DNA from: Eledone cirrhosa
Lineage: Eukaryota
Direction of reading: 5' to 3'
Assembly: GCA_964016885.1 (NCBI GenBank)
Contig: OZ024743.1
Location: forward strand, 200,632,001 to 200,696,000
DNA length: 64,000 nt
Positions 23,897 to 37,200 of the stretch are shown here, piece after piece (position 1 is the first letter of the stretch; every line of letters begins with the position of its first letter). Below the pieces are notes generated by a model. That model ran no database searches. It was not told where the DNA came from and saw only the letters and a program-made list of their open reading frames with translations. The translations under genes were made by a program, and so were the position numbers.

Positions 23897-26800
23897 TGAT
23901 GGGGGTGGTAGTGTTGGTGTTGGTGGTGTTGGTGTTGGTGGTGATGGTGTCAGTGATGGTGGTGGTAGTGTTGGTGGTGGTAGTGTTGGTGTTGGTGTCA
24001 GTGATAGGGGTGGTAGTGTTGGTGTTGGTGGTGTTGGTGTTGGTGGTGTTGGTGTCGGTGATGGTGGTGGTAGTGTTGGTGGCGGCAGTGTTGGTGTTGG
24101 TGGTGTTGGTGTCAGTGATGGTGGTGGTAGTGTTGGTGTTGGTGGTGTTGGTGTTGGTGGTGTTGGTGTCAGTGATGGTGGTGGTAGTGTTGGTGGTGGT
24201 AGTGTTGGTGTTGGTGGTGTTGGTGTCAGTGATGGGGGTGGTAGTGTTGGTGTTGGTGGTGTTGGTGTTGGTGGTGTTGGTGTCAGTGATGGTGGTGGTA
24301 GTGTTGGTGTTGGTGGTGTTGGTGTCAGTGATGGTGGTGGTAGTGTTGGTGTTGGTGGTGTTGGTGTCAGTGATGGTGGTGGTGGTGTTGGTGGCGGCAG
24401 TGTTGGTGTTGGTGGTGTTGGTGTCAGAGATGGTGGTGGTAGTGTTGGTGGTGTTGGTGTTGGTGGTGTTGGTGTCATTGATGGTGGTGGTAGTGTTGGT
24501 GGTGGTAGTGTTGGTGTTGGTGGTGTTGGTGTCAGTGATGGTGGTAGTGGTGTTGGTGGTGTCAGTGATGTTGGTGTCAGTGATGGTGGTGGTGGTGTTG
24601 GTGGCGGCAGTGTTGGTGTTGGTGGTGTTGGTGTCAGTGATGGTGGCGGTAGTGTTGGTGTTGGTGGTGTTGGTGTCAGTGATGGTGGTGGTAGTGTTGG
24701 TGGTGGCAGTGTTGGTGTTGGTGGTGTTGGTGTCAGTGATGGTGGTGGTAGTGTTGGTGGCGGCAGTGTTGGTGTTGGTGGTGTTGGTGTCAGTGATGGT
24801 GGTGGTGGTGTTGGTGGCGGCAGTGTTGGTGTTGGTGGTGTTGGTGTTGGTGGTGTTGGTGTCAGTGATGGTGGTGGTGGTGTTGGTGACGGCAGTGTTG
24901 GTGTTGGTGGTGTTGGTGTCAGTGATGGTGGTGGTAGTGTTGGTGGTGGTAGTGTTGGTGTTGGTGGTGTTGGTGTCAGTGATGGTGGTGGTAGTGTTGG
25001 CGGTGGTAGTGTTGGTGTTGGTGGTGTTGGTGTCAGAGATGGTGGTGGTAGTGTTGGTGGTGGTAGTGTTGGTGGTGGTAGTGTTGGTGTTGGTGGTGGT
25101 GTTGGTGGCGGCAGTGTTGGTGTTGGTGGTGTGGGTGTCAGTGATGGTAGTGGTGGTGTTGGTGACGGCAGTGTTGGTGTTGGTGGTGTTGGTGTCAGTG
25201 ATGGTGGTGGTAGTGTTGGTGGTGGTAGTGTTGGTGGTGGTAGTGTTGGTGTTGGTGGTGTTGGTGTCAGTGATGGTGGTGGTAGTGTTGGTGGTGGTAG
25301 TGTTGGTGGTGGTAGTGTTGGTGTTGGTGGTGTTGGTGTTGGTGGTGTTGGTGTCAGTGATGGTGGCGGCAGTGTTGGTGGCGGCAGTGTCAGTGGTGTT
25401 GGTGTCAGTGATAGTGGTGGTAGTGTTGGTGGTGGTAGTGTTGGTGGCGGCAGTGTTGGTGGTGTTGGTGTCAGTGATGGTGGTGGTAGTGTTGGTGGTG
25501 GTATAGTTGGTGGCGGCTGTGTTGGCGGTGTTGGTGTCAGTGATGGTGGTGTTGGTGTCAGTGATGGTGGTGGTAGTTTTGGTGACGGCAGTGTTGGTGG
25601 TGTTGGTGTCAGTGATGGTGGTGGTAGTGTTGGTGGTGGTAGTGTTGGTGGTGGTAGTGTTGGTGGTGTTGGTGTTGGTGTCAGTGATGGTGGTGGTAGT
25701 GTTGGTGGCGGCAGTGTTGGTGTTGGTGGTGTTGGTGTCAGTGATGGTGGTGGTAGTGTTGGTGGCGGCAGTGTTGGTGGTGTTGGTGTCAGTGATGGTG
25801 GTGGTAGTGTTGGTAGTGTTGGTGGCGGTAGTGTTGGTGGTGTTGGTGTCAGTGATGGTGGCGGCAGTGTTGGTGGTGGTAGTGTTGGTGTTGGTGGTGT
25901 TGGTGTTGGTGGTGTTGGTGTCAGTGATGGTGGTGGTAGTGTTGGTGGTGGTAGTGTTGGTGGTGGTGGTGTTGGTGTCAGTGGTGTTGGTGTCAGTGAT
26001 GGTGGTGGTAGTGTTGGTGTTGGTGGTGTTGGTGTCAGTGATGGTGGTGGTAGTGTTGGTGGTGGTAGTGTTGGTGGTGGTGGTGTTGGTGTCAGTGGTG
26101 TTGGTGTCAGTGATGGTGGTGGTAGTGTTGGTGTTGGTGGTGTTGGTGTCAGTGTTGGTGGTGGTAGTGTTCGTGTTGGTAGTGTTGGTGTTGGTGGTGT
26201 TGGTGTCAGTGATGGTGGTGGTAGTGTTGGTGTTGGTGGTGTTGGTGTTGGTGGTGTTGGTGTCAGTGATGGTGGTGGTAGTGTTGGTGTTGGTGGTGTT
26301 GGTGTCAGTGATGGTGGTGGTAGTGTTGGTAGTGGTGGTGTTGGTGTCAGTGGTGTTGGTGTCAATGATGGTGGTGGTAGTGTTGGTGTTGGTGGTGTTG
26401 GTGTCAGTGATGGTGGTGGTAGTGTTGGTGGTGGTAGTGTTGGTGTTGGTGGTGTTGGTGTTAGTGGTGTTGGTGTCAGTGATGGTGGTGGTAGTGTTGG
26501 TGTTGGTGGTGTTGGTGTCAGAGATGGTGGTGGTAGTGTTGGTGTTGGTGATGGTGGTGGTAGTGTTGGTGGTGGTAGTGTTGGTGGTGATAGTGTTGGT
26601 GTTGGTGGTGTTGGTGTCAGTGATGGTGTTGGTGCTGTTGGTGGTGGTAGTGTTGGTGGTGGTAGTGTTGGTGTTGGTGGTGTTGGTGTCAGTGATGGTG
26701 GTGGTAGTGTTGGTGGTGGCAGTGTTGGTGTTGGTGGTGTTGGTGTTGGTGGTGTTGGTGTCAGTGATGGTGGTGGTAGTGTTGGTAGTGGTAGTGTTGG

Positions 26801-29800
26801 TGTTGGTGGTGTTGGTGTCAGTGATGGTGGTGGTAGTGTAGGTGGTGGTAGTGTTGGTGTCAGTGATGGTGGTGGTAGTGTAGGTGGTGGTAGTGTTGGT
26901 GTTGGTGGTGTTGGTGTCAGTGATGGTGTTGGTGCTGTTGGTGGTGGTAGTGTTGGTGGTGGTAGTGTTGGTGTTGGTGGTGTTGGTGTCAGTGATGGTG
27001 GTGATAGTGTTGGTGGTGGTAGTGTTGGTGTTGGTGGTGTTGGTGTCAGTGATGGTGTTGGTGCTGTTGGTGGTGGTAGTGTTGGTGGCGGTAGTGTTGG
27101 TGTTGGTGGTGTTGGTGTCAGTTATGGTGGTGATAGTGTTGGTGGCGGTAGTGTTGGTGTTGGTGGTGTTGGTGTTGGTGGTGTTGGTGTCAGTGATGGT
27201 GGTGGTGGTGTTGGTGGCGGTAGTGTTGGTGTTGGTGGTGTTGGTGTCAGTGATGGTGCTGGCAGTGTTGGTGTTGGTGGTGTTGGTGGTGGTAGTGTTG
27301 GTGTTGGTGGTGTTGGTGTCAGTGATGGTGTTGGTGGTGTAGGTGGTGATAGTGTTGGTGGTGGTAGTGTTGGTGTTGGTGGTGTTGGTGTCAGTGATGG
27401 TGGTGGTGGTGTTGGTGGCGGTAGTGTTGGTGTTGGTGGTGTTGGTGTCAGTGATGGTGGCGGCAGTGTTGGTGTTGGTGGTGTTGGTGTCAGTGATGGT
27501 GGTGGCAGTGTTGGTGTTGGTGGTGTTGGTGTCAGTGATGGTGGTGGTAGTGTTGGTGGCGGCAGTGTTGGTGGCTGCAGTGTTGGTGTCGGTGATGGTG
27601 GCGGCAGTGTTGGTGTTGGTGGTGTTGGTGTCAGTGATAGGGGTGATAGTGTTGGTGTTGGTAGTGTTGGTGTTGGTGGTGTTGGTGTCAGTGATGGTGG
27701 TGGTAGTGTTGGTGGTGGTAGTGTTGGTGGTGGTAGTGTTGGTGTTGGTGGTGTTGGTGTCAGTGATGGTGGCGGCAGTGTTGGTGTTGGTGGTGTTGGT
27801 GTCAGTGATGGTGGTGGTGGTGTTGGTGGCGGTAGTGTTGGTGTTGGTGGTGTTGGTGTCAGTGATGGTGGTGGTAGTGTTGGTGGTGGTGGTGTTGGTG
27901 GTGTTGGTGTCAGTGATGGTGGTGGTAGTGTTGGTGGTGGTAGTGTTGGTGTTGGTGGTGTTGGTGTCAGTGATGGTGGTGGTAGTGTTGGTGGTGGTGG
28001 TGTTGGTGTTGGTGGTGTTGGTGTCAGTGATGGTGGCGGCAGTGTTGGTGTTAGTGGTGTTGGTTTCAGTGATGGGGGTGGTAGTGTTGGTGGCGGCAGT
28101 GTTGGTGTTGGTGGTGTTGGTGTCAGTGTTGGTGGTGGTAGTGTTGGTGTTGGTAGTGTTGGTGTTGGTGGTGATGGTGTCAGTGATGGTGGTGGTAGTG
28201 TTGGTGGTGGTAGTGTTGGTGTTGGTGGTGTTCGTGTTGGTGGTGTTGGTGTCAGTGATAGTGGTGGTAGTGTTGGTGGCGGCAGTGTTAGTGTTGGTGG
28301 TGTCAGTGATGGTGGTGGTAGTGTTGGTGGCGGCAGTGTTGGTGTTGGTGGTGTTGGTGTCAGTGATGGTGGTGGTAGTGTTGGTGTTGGTGGTGTTGGT
28401 GTTGGTGGTGTTGGTGTCAGTGATGGTGGTGGTAGTGTTGGTGGCGGCAGTGTTGGTGTCGCTGATGGTGGCGGCAGTGTTGGTGTTGGTGGTGTTGGTG
28501 GTAGTGTTGGTGGTGGTAGTGTTGGTGTTGGTGGTGTTGGTGTTGGTGGTGTTGGTGTCAGTGATGGTGGTGGTAGTGTTGGTGGTGGTAGTGTTGGTGG
28601 TGATAGTGTTGGTGTTGGTGGTGTTGGTGTCAGTGATGGTGGCGGCAGTGTTGGTGTAGGTGGTGTTGGTGTCAGTGATGGTGGTGGTGGTGTTGGTGGC
28701 GGTAGTGTTGGTGTTGGTGGTGTTGGTGTTGGTGGTGGTGGTGTCAGTGATGGTGGTGGTGGTGTTGGTGGCGGTAGTGTTGGTGTTGGTGGTGTTGGTG
28801 TCAGTGATGGTGGTGGTAGTATTGGTGGTGGTAGTGTTGGTGTTGGTGGTGTTGGTGTCAGTGATGGTGGTGGTGGTGTTGGTGGCGGTAGTGTTGGTGT
28901 TGGTTGTGTTGGTGTTGGTGGTGTTGGTGTCAGTGATGGTGGTGATAGTGTTGGTGGCGGTAGTGTTGGTGTTGGTGGTGTTGGTGTTGGTGGTGTTGGT
29001 GTCATTGATGGTGGTGGTAGTGTTGGTGGTGGCAGTGTTGGTGTTGGTAGTGTTGGTGTTGATGGTGTTGGTGTCAATGATGGTGGTGGTAGTGTTGGTG
29101 GTGGCAGTGTTGGTGTTGGTAGTGTTGGTGTTGATGGTGTTGGTGTCAATGATGGTGGTGGTAGTGTTGGTGGTGGCAGTGTTGGTGTTGGTAGTGTTGG
29201 TGTTGGTGGTGTTGGTGTCAGTGATGGTGGTGGTAGTGTTGGTGGTGGTAGTGTTGGTGTTGGTGGTGTTGGTGTCAGTGATGGTGGTGGTAGTGTTGGT
29301 GGTGGTAGTGTTGGTGTTGGTAGTGTTGGTGTTGGCGGTGTTGGTGTCAGTGATGGTGGTGATAGTGTTGGTGGTGGCAGTGTTGGTGTTGGTGGTGTTG
29401 GTGTTGGTGGTGTTGGTGTCAATGATGGTGGTGGTAGTGTTGGTGGTGGTAGTGTTGGTGTTGGTGGTGTTGGTGTCAGTGATGGTGGTGGTAGTGTTGG
29501 TGTTGGTGGTGTTGGTGTCAGTGATGGTGGCGGCAGTGTTGGTGTTGGTGGTGTTGGTGGTGGCAGTGTTGGTGTTGGTGGTGTTAGTGTTGGTGGTGTT
29601 GGTGTCAGTGATGGTGGTGGTAGTGTTGGTGGTGGTAGTGTTGGTGTTGGTAGTGTTGGTGTTGGTGGTGTTGGTGTCAGTGATGGTGGTGGTAGTGTTG
29701 GTGGTGGTAGTGTTGGTGTTGGTGGTGTTGGTGTCAGTGATGGTGGTGGTAGTGTTGGTGGTGGTAGTGTTGGTGTTGGTAGTGTTGGTGTTGGTGGTGT

Positions 29801-31739
29801 TGGTGTCAGTGATGGTGGTGATAGTGTTGGTGGCGGTACTGTTGGTGTTGGTGGTGTAGGTGTTGGTGGTGTTGGTGTCAGTGATGGTGGTGGTGGTGTT
29901 GGTGGCGGTAGTGTTGGTGTTGGTGGTGTTGGTGTCAGTGATGGTGGTGGTAGTGTTGGTGTTGGTGGTGTTGGTGTTGGTGGTGTTGGTGTCAGTGATG
30001 GTGGTGGTAGTGTTGGTGTTGGTAGTGTTGGTGTTGGTGGTGTTGGTGGTGGTAGTGTTGGTGGTGGTAGTGTTGGTGTTGGTGGTGTTGGTGTCAGTGA
30101 TGGTGGTGGTAGTGTTGGTGTTGGTAGTGTTGGTGTTGGTGGTGTTGGTGGTGGTAGTGTTGGTGGTGGTAGTGTTGGTGTTGGTGGTGTTGGTGTCAGT
30201 GATGGTGGTGATAGTGTTGGTGGCGGTAGTGTTGGTGTTGGTGGTGTTGGTGTTGGTGGTGTTGGTGTCAGTGATGGTGGTGGTGGTGTTGGTGGCGGTA
30301 GTGTTGGTGTTGGTGGTGTTGGTGTCAGTGATGGTGGTGGTAGTGTTGGTGGTGGTAGTGTTGGTGTTGGTAGGGTTGGTGTTGGTGGTGTTGGTGTCAG
30401 TGATGGTGGTGGTAGTGTTGGTGGTGGTAGTGTTGGTGTTGGTAGTGTTGGTGTTGGTGGTGTTGGTGTCAGTGATGGTGGTGGTAGTGTTGGTGGTGGC
30501 AGTGTTGGTGTTGGTAGTGTTGGTGTTGGTGGTGTTGGTGTCAGTGATGGTGGTGGTAGTGTTGGTGGTGGCAGTGTTGGTGTTGGTGGTGTTGGTGTTG
30601 GTGGTGTTGGTATCAGTGATGGTGGTGATAGTGTTGGTGGTGGCAGTGTTGGTGTTGGTAGTGTTGGTGTTGGTGGTGTTGGTATCAGTGATGGTGGTGA
30701 TAGTGTTGGTGGTGGCAGTGTTGGTGTTGGAAGTGTTGGTGTTGGTGGTGTTGGTGTCAGTGATGGTGGTGGTAGTGTTGGTGGTGGCAGTGTTGGTGTT
30801 GGTGGTGTTGGTGTTGGTGGTGTTGGTGTCAGTGATGTTGGTGGTAGTGTTGGTGGTGGCAGTGTTAGTGTTGGTGGTGTTGGTGTCAGTGATGGTGGTG
30901 GTAGTGTTGGTGGTGGTAGTGTTGGTGTTGGTACTGTTGGTGTTGGTGGTGGTGGTGGTAGTGTTGGTGTTGGTTGTGTTGGTGTTGGTGGTGTTGGTGT
31001 CAGTGATGGTGGTGGTAGTGTTGGTGGTGGTAGTGTTGGTGTTGGTGGTGTTGGTGTCAGTGATGGTGGTGGTAGTGTTGGTGGTGGTAGTGTTGGTGTT
31101 GGTAGTGTTGGTGTTGGTGGTGGTGGTGGTAGTGTTGGTGTTGGTGGTGTTGGTGTTGGTGGTGTTGGTGTCAGTGATGGTGGTGGTAGTGTTGGTGGTG
31201 GTAGTGTTGGTGTTGGTGGTGTTGGTGTCAGTGATGGTGGTGGTAGTGTTGGTGGTGGCAGTGTTGGTGTTGGTGGTGTTGGTGTCAGTGATGGTGGTGG
31301 TAGTGTTGGTGGTGGTAGTGTTGGCGTTGGTAGTGTTGGTGTTGGTGGTGGCAGTGTTGGTGTTGGTGGTGTTAGTGTTGGTGGTGTTGGTGTTAGTGAT
31401 GGTGGTGGTGGTGTTGGTGTTGGTGGTGTTGGTGTTGGTGGTGGCAGTGTTGGTGTTGGTGGTGTTGGTGTCAGTGATGGTGGTGGTAGTGTTGGTGGTT
31501 GTAGTGTTGGTGTTGGTACTGTTGGTGTTGGTGGTGGTGGTGGTAGTGTTGGTGTTGGTTGTGTTGGTGTTTGTGGTGTTGGTGTCAGTGATGGTGGTGG
31601 TAGTGTTGGTGGTGGTAGTGTTGGTGTTGGTAGTGTTGGTGTTGGTGGTGGTGGTGGTAGTGTTGGTGTTGGTGGTGTTGGTGTTGGTGGTGTTGGTGTC
31701 AGTGATGGTGGTGGTAGTGTTGGTGGTGGTAGTGTTGGT

Positions 31740-34270
31740 GTTGGTGGTGTTGGTGTCAGTGATGGTGGTGGTAGTGTTGGTGGTGGCAGTGTTGGTGTTG
31801 GTGGTGTTGGTGGTGTTGGTGTCAGTGATGGTGGTGGTAGTGTTGGTGGCGGCAGTGTTGGTGTTGGTGGTGTTGGTGTCAGTGATGGTGGTGGTAGTGT
31901 TGGTGGCGGCAGTGTTGGTGTTGGTGGTGTTGGTGTCAGTGATGGGGGTAGTAGTGTTGGTGGCGGCAGTGTTGGTGTTGGTGGTGTTGGTGTCAGTGAT
32001 AGGGGTGGTAGTGTTGGTGGCGGCAGTGTTGGTGTTGGTGGTGTTGGTGGTAGTGTTGGTGGTGGTAGTGTTGGTGTTGGTGGTGTTGGTGTCAGTGATG
32101 GTGGTGGTAGTGTTGGTGGCGGCAGTGTTGGTGTTGGTGGTGTTGGTGTCAGTGATGGGGGTGGTAGTGTTGGTGGCGGCAGTGTTGGTGTTGGTGGTGT
32201 TGGTGTCAGTGTTGGTGGTGGTAGTGTTGGTTTTGGTGGTGTTGGTGTTGGTGGTGTTGGTGTCAGTGATGGTGGTGGTAGTGTTGGTGTTGGTAGTGTT
32301 GGTGTTGGTGGTGTTTGTGTCAGTGATGGGGGTGGTAGTGTTGGTGGCGGCAGTGTTGGTGTTGGTGGTGTTGGTGGTAGTGTTGGTGGTGGAAGTGTTG
32401 GTGTTGGTGGTGTTGGTGTTGGTGGTGTTGGTGTCAGTGATGGTGGTGGTAGTGTTGGTGTTGGTAGTGTTTGTGTTGGTGGTGTTGGTTTCAGTGATGG
32501 TGGTGGCAGTGTTGGTGTTGGTGGTGTTGGTGTTGGTGGTGTTGGTGTCAGTGATGGTGGTGGTAGTGGTGGTGTTGGTGGTGTTGGTGTTGGTGGTGTT
32601 AGTGTCAGTGATGGTGGTGGTAGTGTTGGTGTTGGTGGTGTTGGTGTCAGTGATGGTGGTGGTAGTGTTGGTGGTGGTAGTGTTGGTGTCAGTGATGGTG
32701 GTGGTAGTGTTGGTGTTGGTGGTGTTGGTGTTGGTGGTGTTGGTGTCAGTGATGGTGGTGGTAGTGTTGGTGTTGGTCGTGTTGGTGTCAGTGATGGTGG
32801 TGGTAGTGTTGGTGGTGGTAGTGTTGGTGGTGGCAGTGTTGGTGTCAGTGATGGTGGTGGTAGTGTTGGTGTTGGTGGTGTTGGTGTTGGTGGTGTTGGT
32901 GTCAGTGATGGTGGTGGTAGTGTTGGTGTTTGTGGTGTTGGTGTTGGTGGTGTTGGTGTCAGTGATGGTGGTGGTAGTGTTGGTGTTGGTGGTGTTGGTG
33001 TCAGTGATGGTGGTGGTAGTGTTGGTGGTGGCAGTGTTGGTGTTGGTGGTGTTGGTGGTGTTGGTGTCAGTGATGGTGGTGGTAGTGTTGGTGGCGGCAG
33101 TGTTGGTGTTGGTGGTGTTGGTGTCAGTGATGGTGGTGGTAGTGTTGGTGGCGGCAGTGTTGGTGTTGGTGGTGTTGGTGTCAGTGATGGGGGTAGTAGT
33201 GTTGGTGGCGGCAGTGTTGGTGTTGGTGGTGTTGGTGTCAGTGATAGGGGTGGTAGTGTTGGTGGCGGCAGTGTTGGTGTTGGTGGTGTTGGTGGTAGTG
33301 TTGGTGGTGGTAGTGTTGGTGTTGGTGGTGTTGGTGTCAGTGATGGTGGTGGTAGTGTTGGTGGCGGCAGTGTTGGTGTTGGTGGTGTTGGTGTCAGTGA
33401 TGGGGGTGGTAGTGTTGGTGGCGGCAGTGTTGGTGTTGGTGGTGTTGGTGTCAGTGTTGGTGGTGGTAGTGTTGGTTTTGGTGGTGTTGGTGTTGGTGGT
33501 GTTGGTGTCAGTGATGGTGGTGGTAGTGTTGGTGTTGGTAGTGTTGGTGTTGGTGGTGTTTGTGTCAGTGATGGGGGTGGTAGTGTTGGTGGCGGCAGTG
33601 TTGGTGTTGGTGGTGTTGGTGGTAGTGTTGGTGGTGGAAGTGTTGGTGTTGGTGGTGTTGGTGTTGGTGGTGTTGGTGTCAGTGATGGTGGTGGTAGTGT
33701 TGGTGTTGGTAGTGTTTGTGTTGGTGGTGTTGGTTTCAGTGATGGTGGTGGCAGTGTTGGTGTTGGTGGTGTTGGTGTTGGTGGTGTTGGTGTCAGTGAT
33801 GGTGGTGGTAGTGGTGGTGTTGGTGGTGTTGGTGTTGGTGGTGTTAGTGTCAGTGATGGTGGTGGTAGTGTTGGTGTTGGTGGTGTTGGTGTCAGTGATG
33901 GTGGTGGTAGTGTTGGTGGTGGTAGTGTTGGTGTCAGTGATGGTGGTGGTAGTGTTGGTGTTGGTGGTGTTGGTGTTGGTGGTGTTGGTGTCAGTGATGG
34001 TGGTGGTAGTGTTGGTGTTGGTCGTGTTGGTGTCAGTGATGGTGGTGGTAGTGTTGGTGGTGGTAGTGTTGGTGGTGGCAGTGTTGGTGTCAGTGATGGT
34101 GGTGGTAGTGTTGGTGTTGGTGGTGTTGGTGTTGGTGGTGTTGGTGTCAGTGATGGTGGTGGTAGTGTTGGTGTTTGTGGTGTTGGTGTTGGTGGTGTTG
34201 GTGTCAGTGATGGTGGTGGTAGTGTTGGTGTTGGTGGTGTTGGTGTCAGTGATGGTGGTGGTAGTGTTGG
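31740..34270. repeat. Higher-order tandem duplication, 1245-bp unit x2
   Basis: Markers GATGGGGGTAGTAGT at 31941/33186 and GGAAGT at 32391/33636; ends approximate. Confidence 0.85.
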
Positions 34271-37200
34271 TGGTGGTAGTGTTGGTGTTGGTGGTGTTGG
34301 TGTCAGTGATGGGGGTGGTAGTGTTGGTGTCGGTGGTGTTGGTGTTGGTGGTGTTGGTGTCAGTGATGGTGGTGGTAGTGTTGGTGGTGGTAGTGTTGGT
34401 GTTGGTGGTGTTGGTGTCAGTGATGGTGGTGGTAGTGTTGGTGTTGGTGGTGTTGGTGTTGGTGGTGTTGGTGTCAGTGATGGTGGTGGTAGTATTGGTG
34501 TTGGTGGTGTTGGTGTTGGTGGTGTTGGTGTTAGTGATGGTGGTGGTAGTGTTGGTGGTGGTAGTGTTGGTGTTGGTGGTGTTGGTGTCAGTGATGGGGG
34601 TGGTAGTGTTGGTGTTGGTGGTGTTGGTGTTGGTGGTGTTGGTGTCAGTGATGGTGGTGGTAGTGTTGGTGGCGGCAGTGTTGGTGTTGGTGGTGTGGGT
34701 GTCAGTGATGGTGGTGGTAGTGTTGGTGGTGGTAGTGTTGGTGTTGGTGGTGTTGGTGTCAGTGGTGTTGGTGTCAGTGATCGTGGTGGTAGTGTTGGTG
34801 TTGGTGGTGTTGGTGTTGGTGGTGTTGGTATCAATGATGGTGGTGGTAGTGTTGGTGTTGGTGGTGTTGGTGTCAGTGATGGTGGTGGTAGTGTTGGTGG
34901 CGGCAGTGCTGGTGTCGGTGGTGTTGGTGTCAGTGATGGTGTTGGTGGTGTTGGCGTCAGTGATGGTGGTGGTAGTGTTGGTGGTGGTAGTGTTGGTGTT
35001 GGTGGTGTTGGTGTCAGTGATGGTGGTGGTGGTGTTGGTGGTGTCAGTGATGTTGGTGTCAGTGATGGTGGTGGTGGTGTTGGTGGCGGCAGTGTTGGTG
35101 TTGATGGTGTTGGTGTCAGTGATGGTGGCGGTAGTGTTGGTGTTGGTGGTGTTGGTGTCAGTGATGGTGGTGGTAGTGTTGGTGGTGGCAGTGTTGGTGT
35201 TGGTGGTGTTGGTGTCAGTGATGGTGGTGGTAGTGTTGGTGGCGGCAGTGTTGGTGTTGGTGGTGTTGGTGTCAGTGATGGTGGTGGTGGTGTTGGTGGC
35301 GGCAGTGTTGGTGTTGGTGGTGTTGGTGTTGGTGGTGTTGGTGTCAATGATGGTGGTGTAGTGTTGGTGTTGGTGGTGTTGGTGTCAGTGATGGTGGTGG
35401 TAGTGTTGGTGGTGGTAGTGTTGGTGTTGGTGGTGGTGGTGTTGGTGGTGGTGGTGATAGTGTTAGTGGTGGCAGTGTTGGTGTTGGTGGTGTTGGTGTC
35501 AGTGATGGTGGTGGTAGTGTTGGTGGCGGCAGTGTTGGTGTTGGTGGTGTTGGTGTCATTGATGGTGGTGGTAGTGTTGGTGTTGGTGGTGTTGGTGTCA
35601 GTGATGGTGGTGGTAGTGTTGGTGGCGGTAGTGTTGGTTTTGGTGGTGTTGGTGTCAGTGATGGTGGTGGTAGTGTTGGTGGTGGTAGTGTTGGTGTTGG
35701 TGGTGTTGGTGTCAGTGATGGTGGTGGTAGTGTTGGTGGCGGTAGTGTTGGTGTTGGTGGTGTTGGTGTCAGTGATGGTGGTGTTAGTGTTGGTGGCGGT
35801 AGTGTTGGTGTTGGTGGTGTTGGTGTCAGTGTTGGTGGTGGTAGTGTTGGTGTTGGTAGTGTTGGTGTTGGTTGTGGTGGTGGCAGTGTTGGTGTTGGTG
35901 GTGTTGGTGTCAGTGATGGTGGTGGTAGTGTTGGTGGCGGCAGTGTTGGTGTTGGTGGTTTTGGTGTCAGTGATGGTGGTGGTAGTGTTGGTGTTGGTGG
36001 TGTTGGTGTCAGTGATGGTGGTGGTAGTGTTGGTGTTGGTGGTGTTGGTGTCAGTGATGGTGGTGGTGGTGTTGGTGGCGGCAGTGTTGGTGTTGGTGGT
36101 GTTGGTGTTGGTGGTGTTGGTGTCAGTGATGGTGGTGTAGTGTTGGTGTTGGTGGTGTTGGTGTCAGTGATGGTGGTGGTAGTGTTGGTGGTGGTAGTGT
36201 TGGTGTTGGTGGTGTTGGTGTCAGTGATGGTGGTGGTAGTGTTGGCGGTGGTAGTGTTGGTGTTGGTGGTGTTGGTGTCAGTGATGGTGGTGGTAGTGTT
36301 GGTGGTGGTAGTGTTGGTGGTGGTAGTGTTGGTGTTGGTGGTGTTGGTGTCAGTGATGGTGGTGGTAGTGTTGGTGGTGGTAGTGTTGGTGGTGGTAGTG
36401 TTGGTGTTGGTGGTGTTGGTGTCAGTGATGGTGGTGGTAGTGTTGGTGGTGGTAGTGTTGGTGGTGGTAGTGTTGGTGTTGGTGGTGTTGGTGTTGGTGG
36501 TGTTGGTGTCAGTGATGGTGGCGGCAGTGTTGGTGGCGGCAGTGTTGGTGGTGTTGGTGTCAGTGATGGTGGTGGTAGTGTTGGTGGTGGTAGTGTTGGT
36601 GGCGGCAGTGTTGGTGGTGTTGGTGTCAGTGATGGTGGTGGTAGTGTTGGTGGTGGTAGTGTTGGTGGCGGCAGTGTTGGTGGTGTTGGTGTCAGTGATG
36701 GTGGTGGTAGTGTTGGTGGCGGCAGTGTTGGTGTCAGTGATGGTGGTGGTAGTGTTGGTAGTGTTGGTCGTGGTAGTGTTGGTGGTGTTGGTGTCAGTGC
36801 TGGTGGCGGCAGTGTTGGTGGTGGTAGTGTTGGTGTTGGTGGTGTTGGTGTTGGTGGTGTTGGTGTCAGTGATAGTGGTGGTAGTGTTGGTGGCGGCAGT
36901 GTTGGTGGTGTTGGTGTCAGTGATGGTGGTGGTAGTGTTGGTGGCGGCAGTGTTGGTGTTAGTGGTGTTGGTGTCAGTGACTGTGGTGGTAGTGTTGGTG
37001 GTGGTAGTGTTGGTGTTGGTGGTGTTGGTGTCAGTGATGGTGGTGGTAGTGTTGGTGGCGGTAGTGTTGGTGTTGGTGGTGTTGGTGTCAGTGATGGTGG
37101 TGGTAGTGTTGGTGGCGGCAGTGTTGGTGTTGGTGGTGTTGGTGTCAGTGATGGTGGTGGTAGTGTTGGTGGCGGCAGTGTTGGTGTTGGTGGTGTTGGT

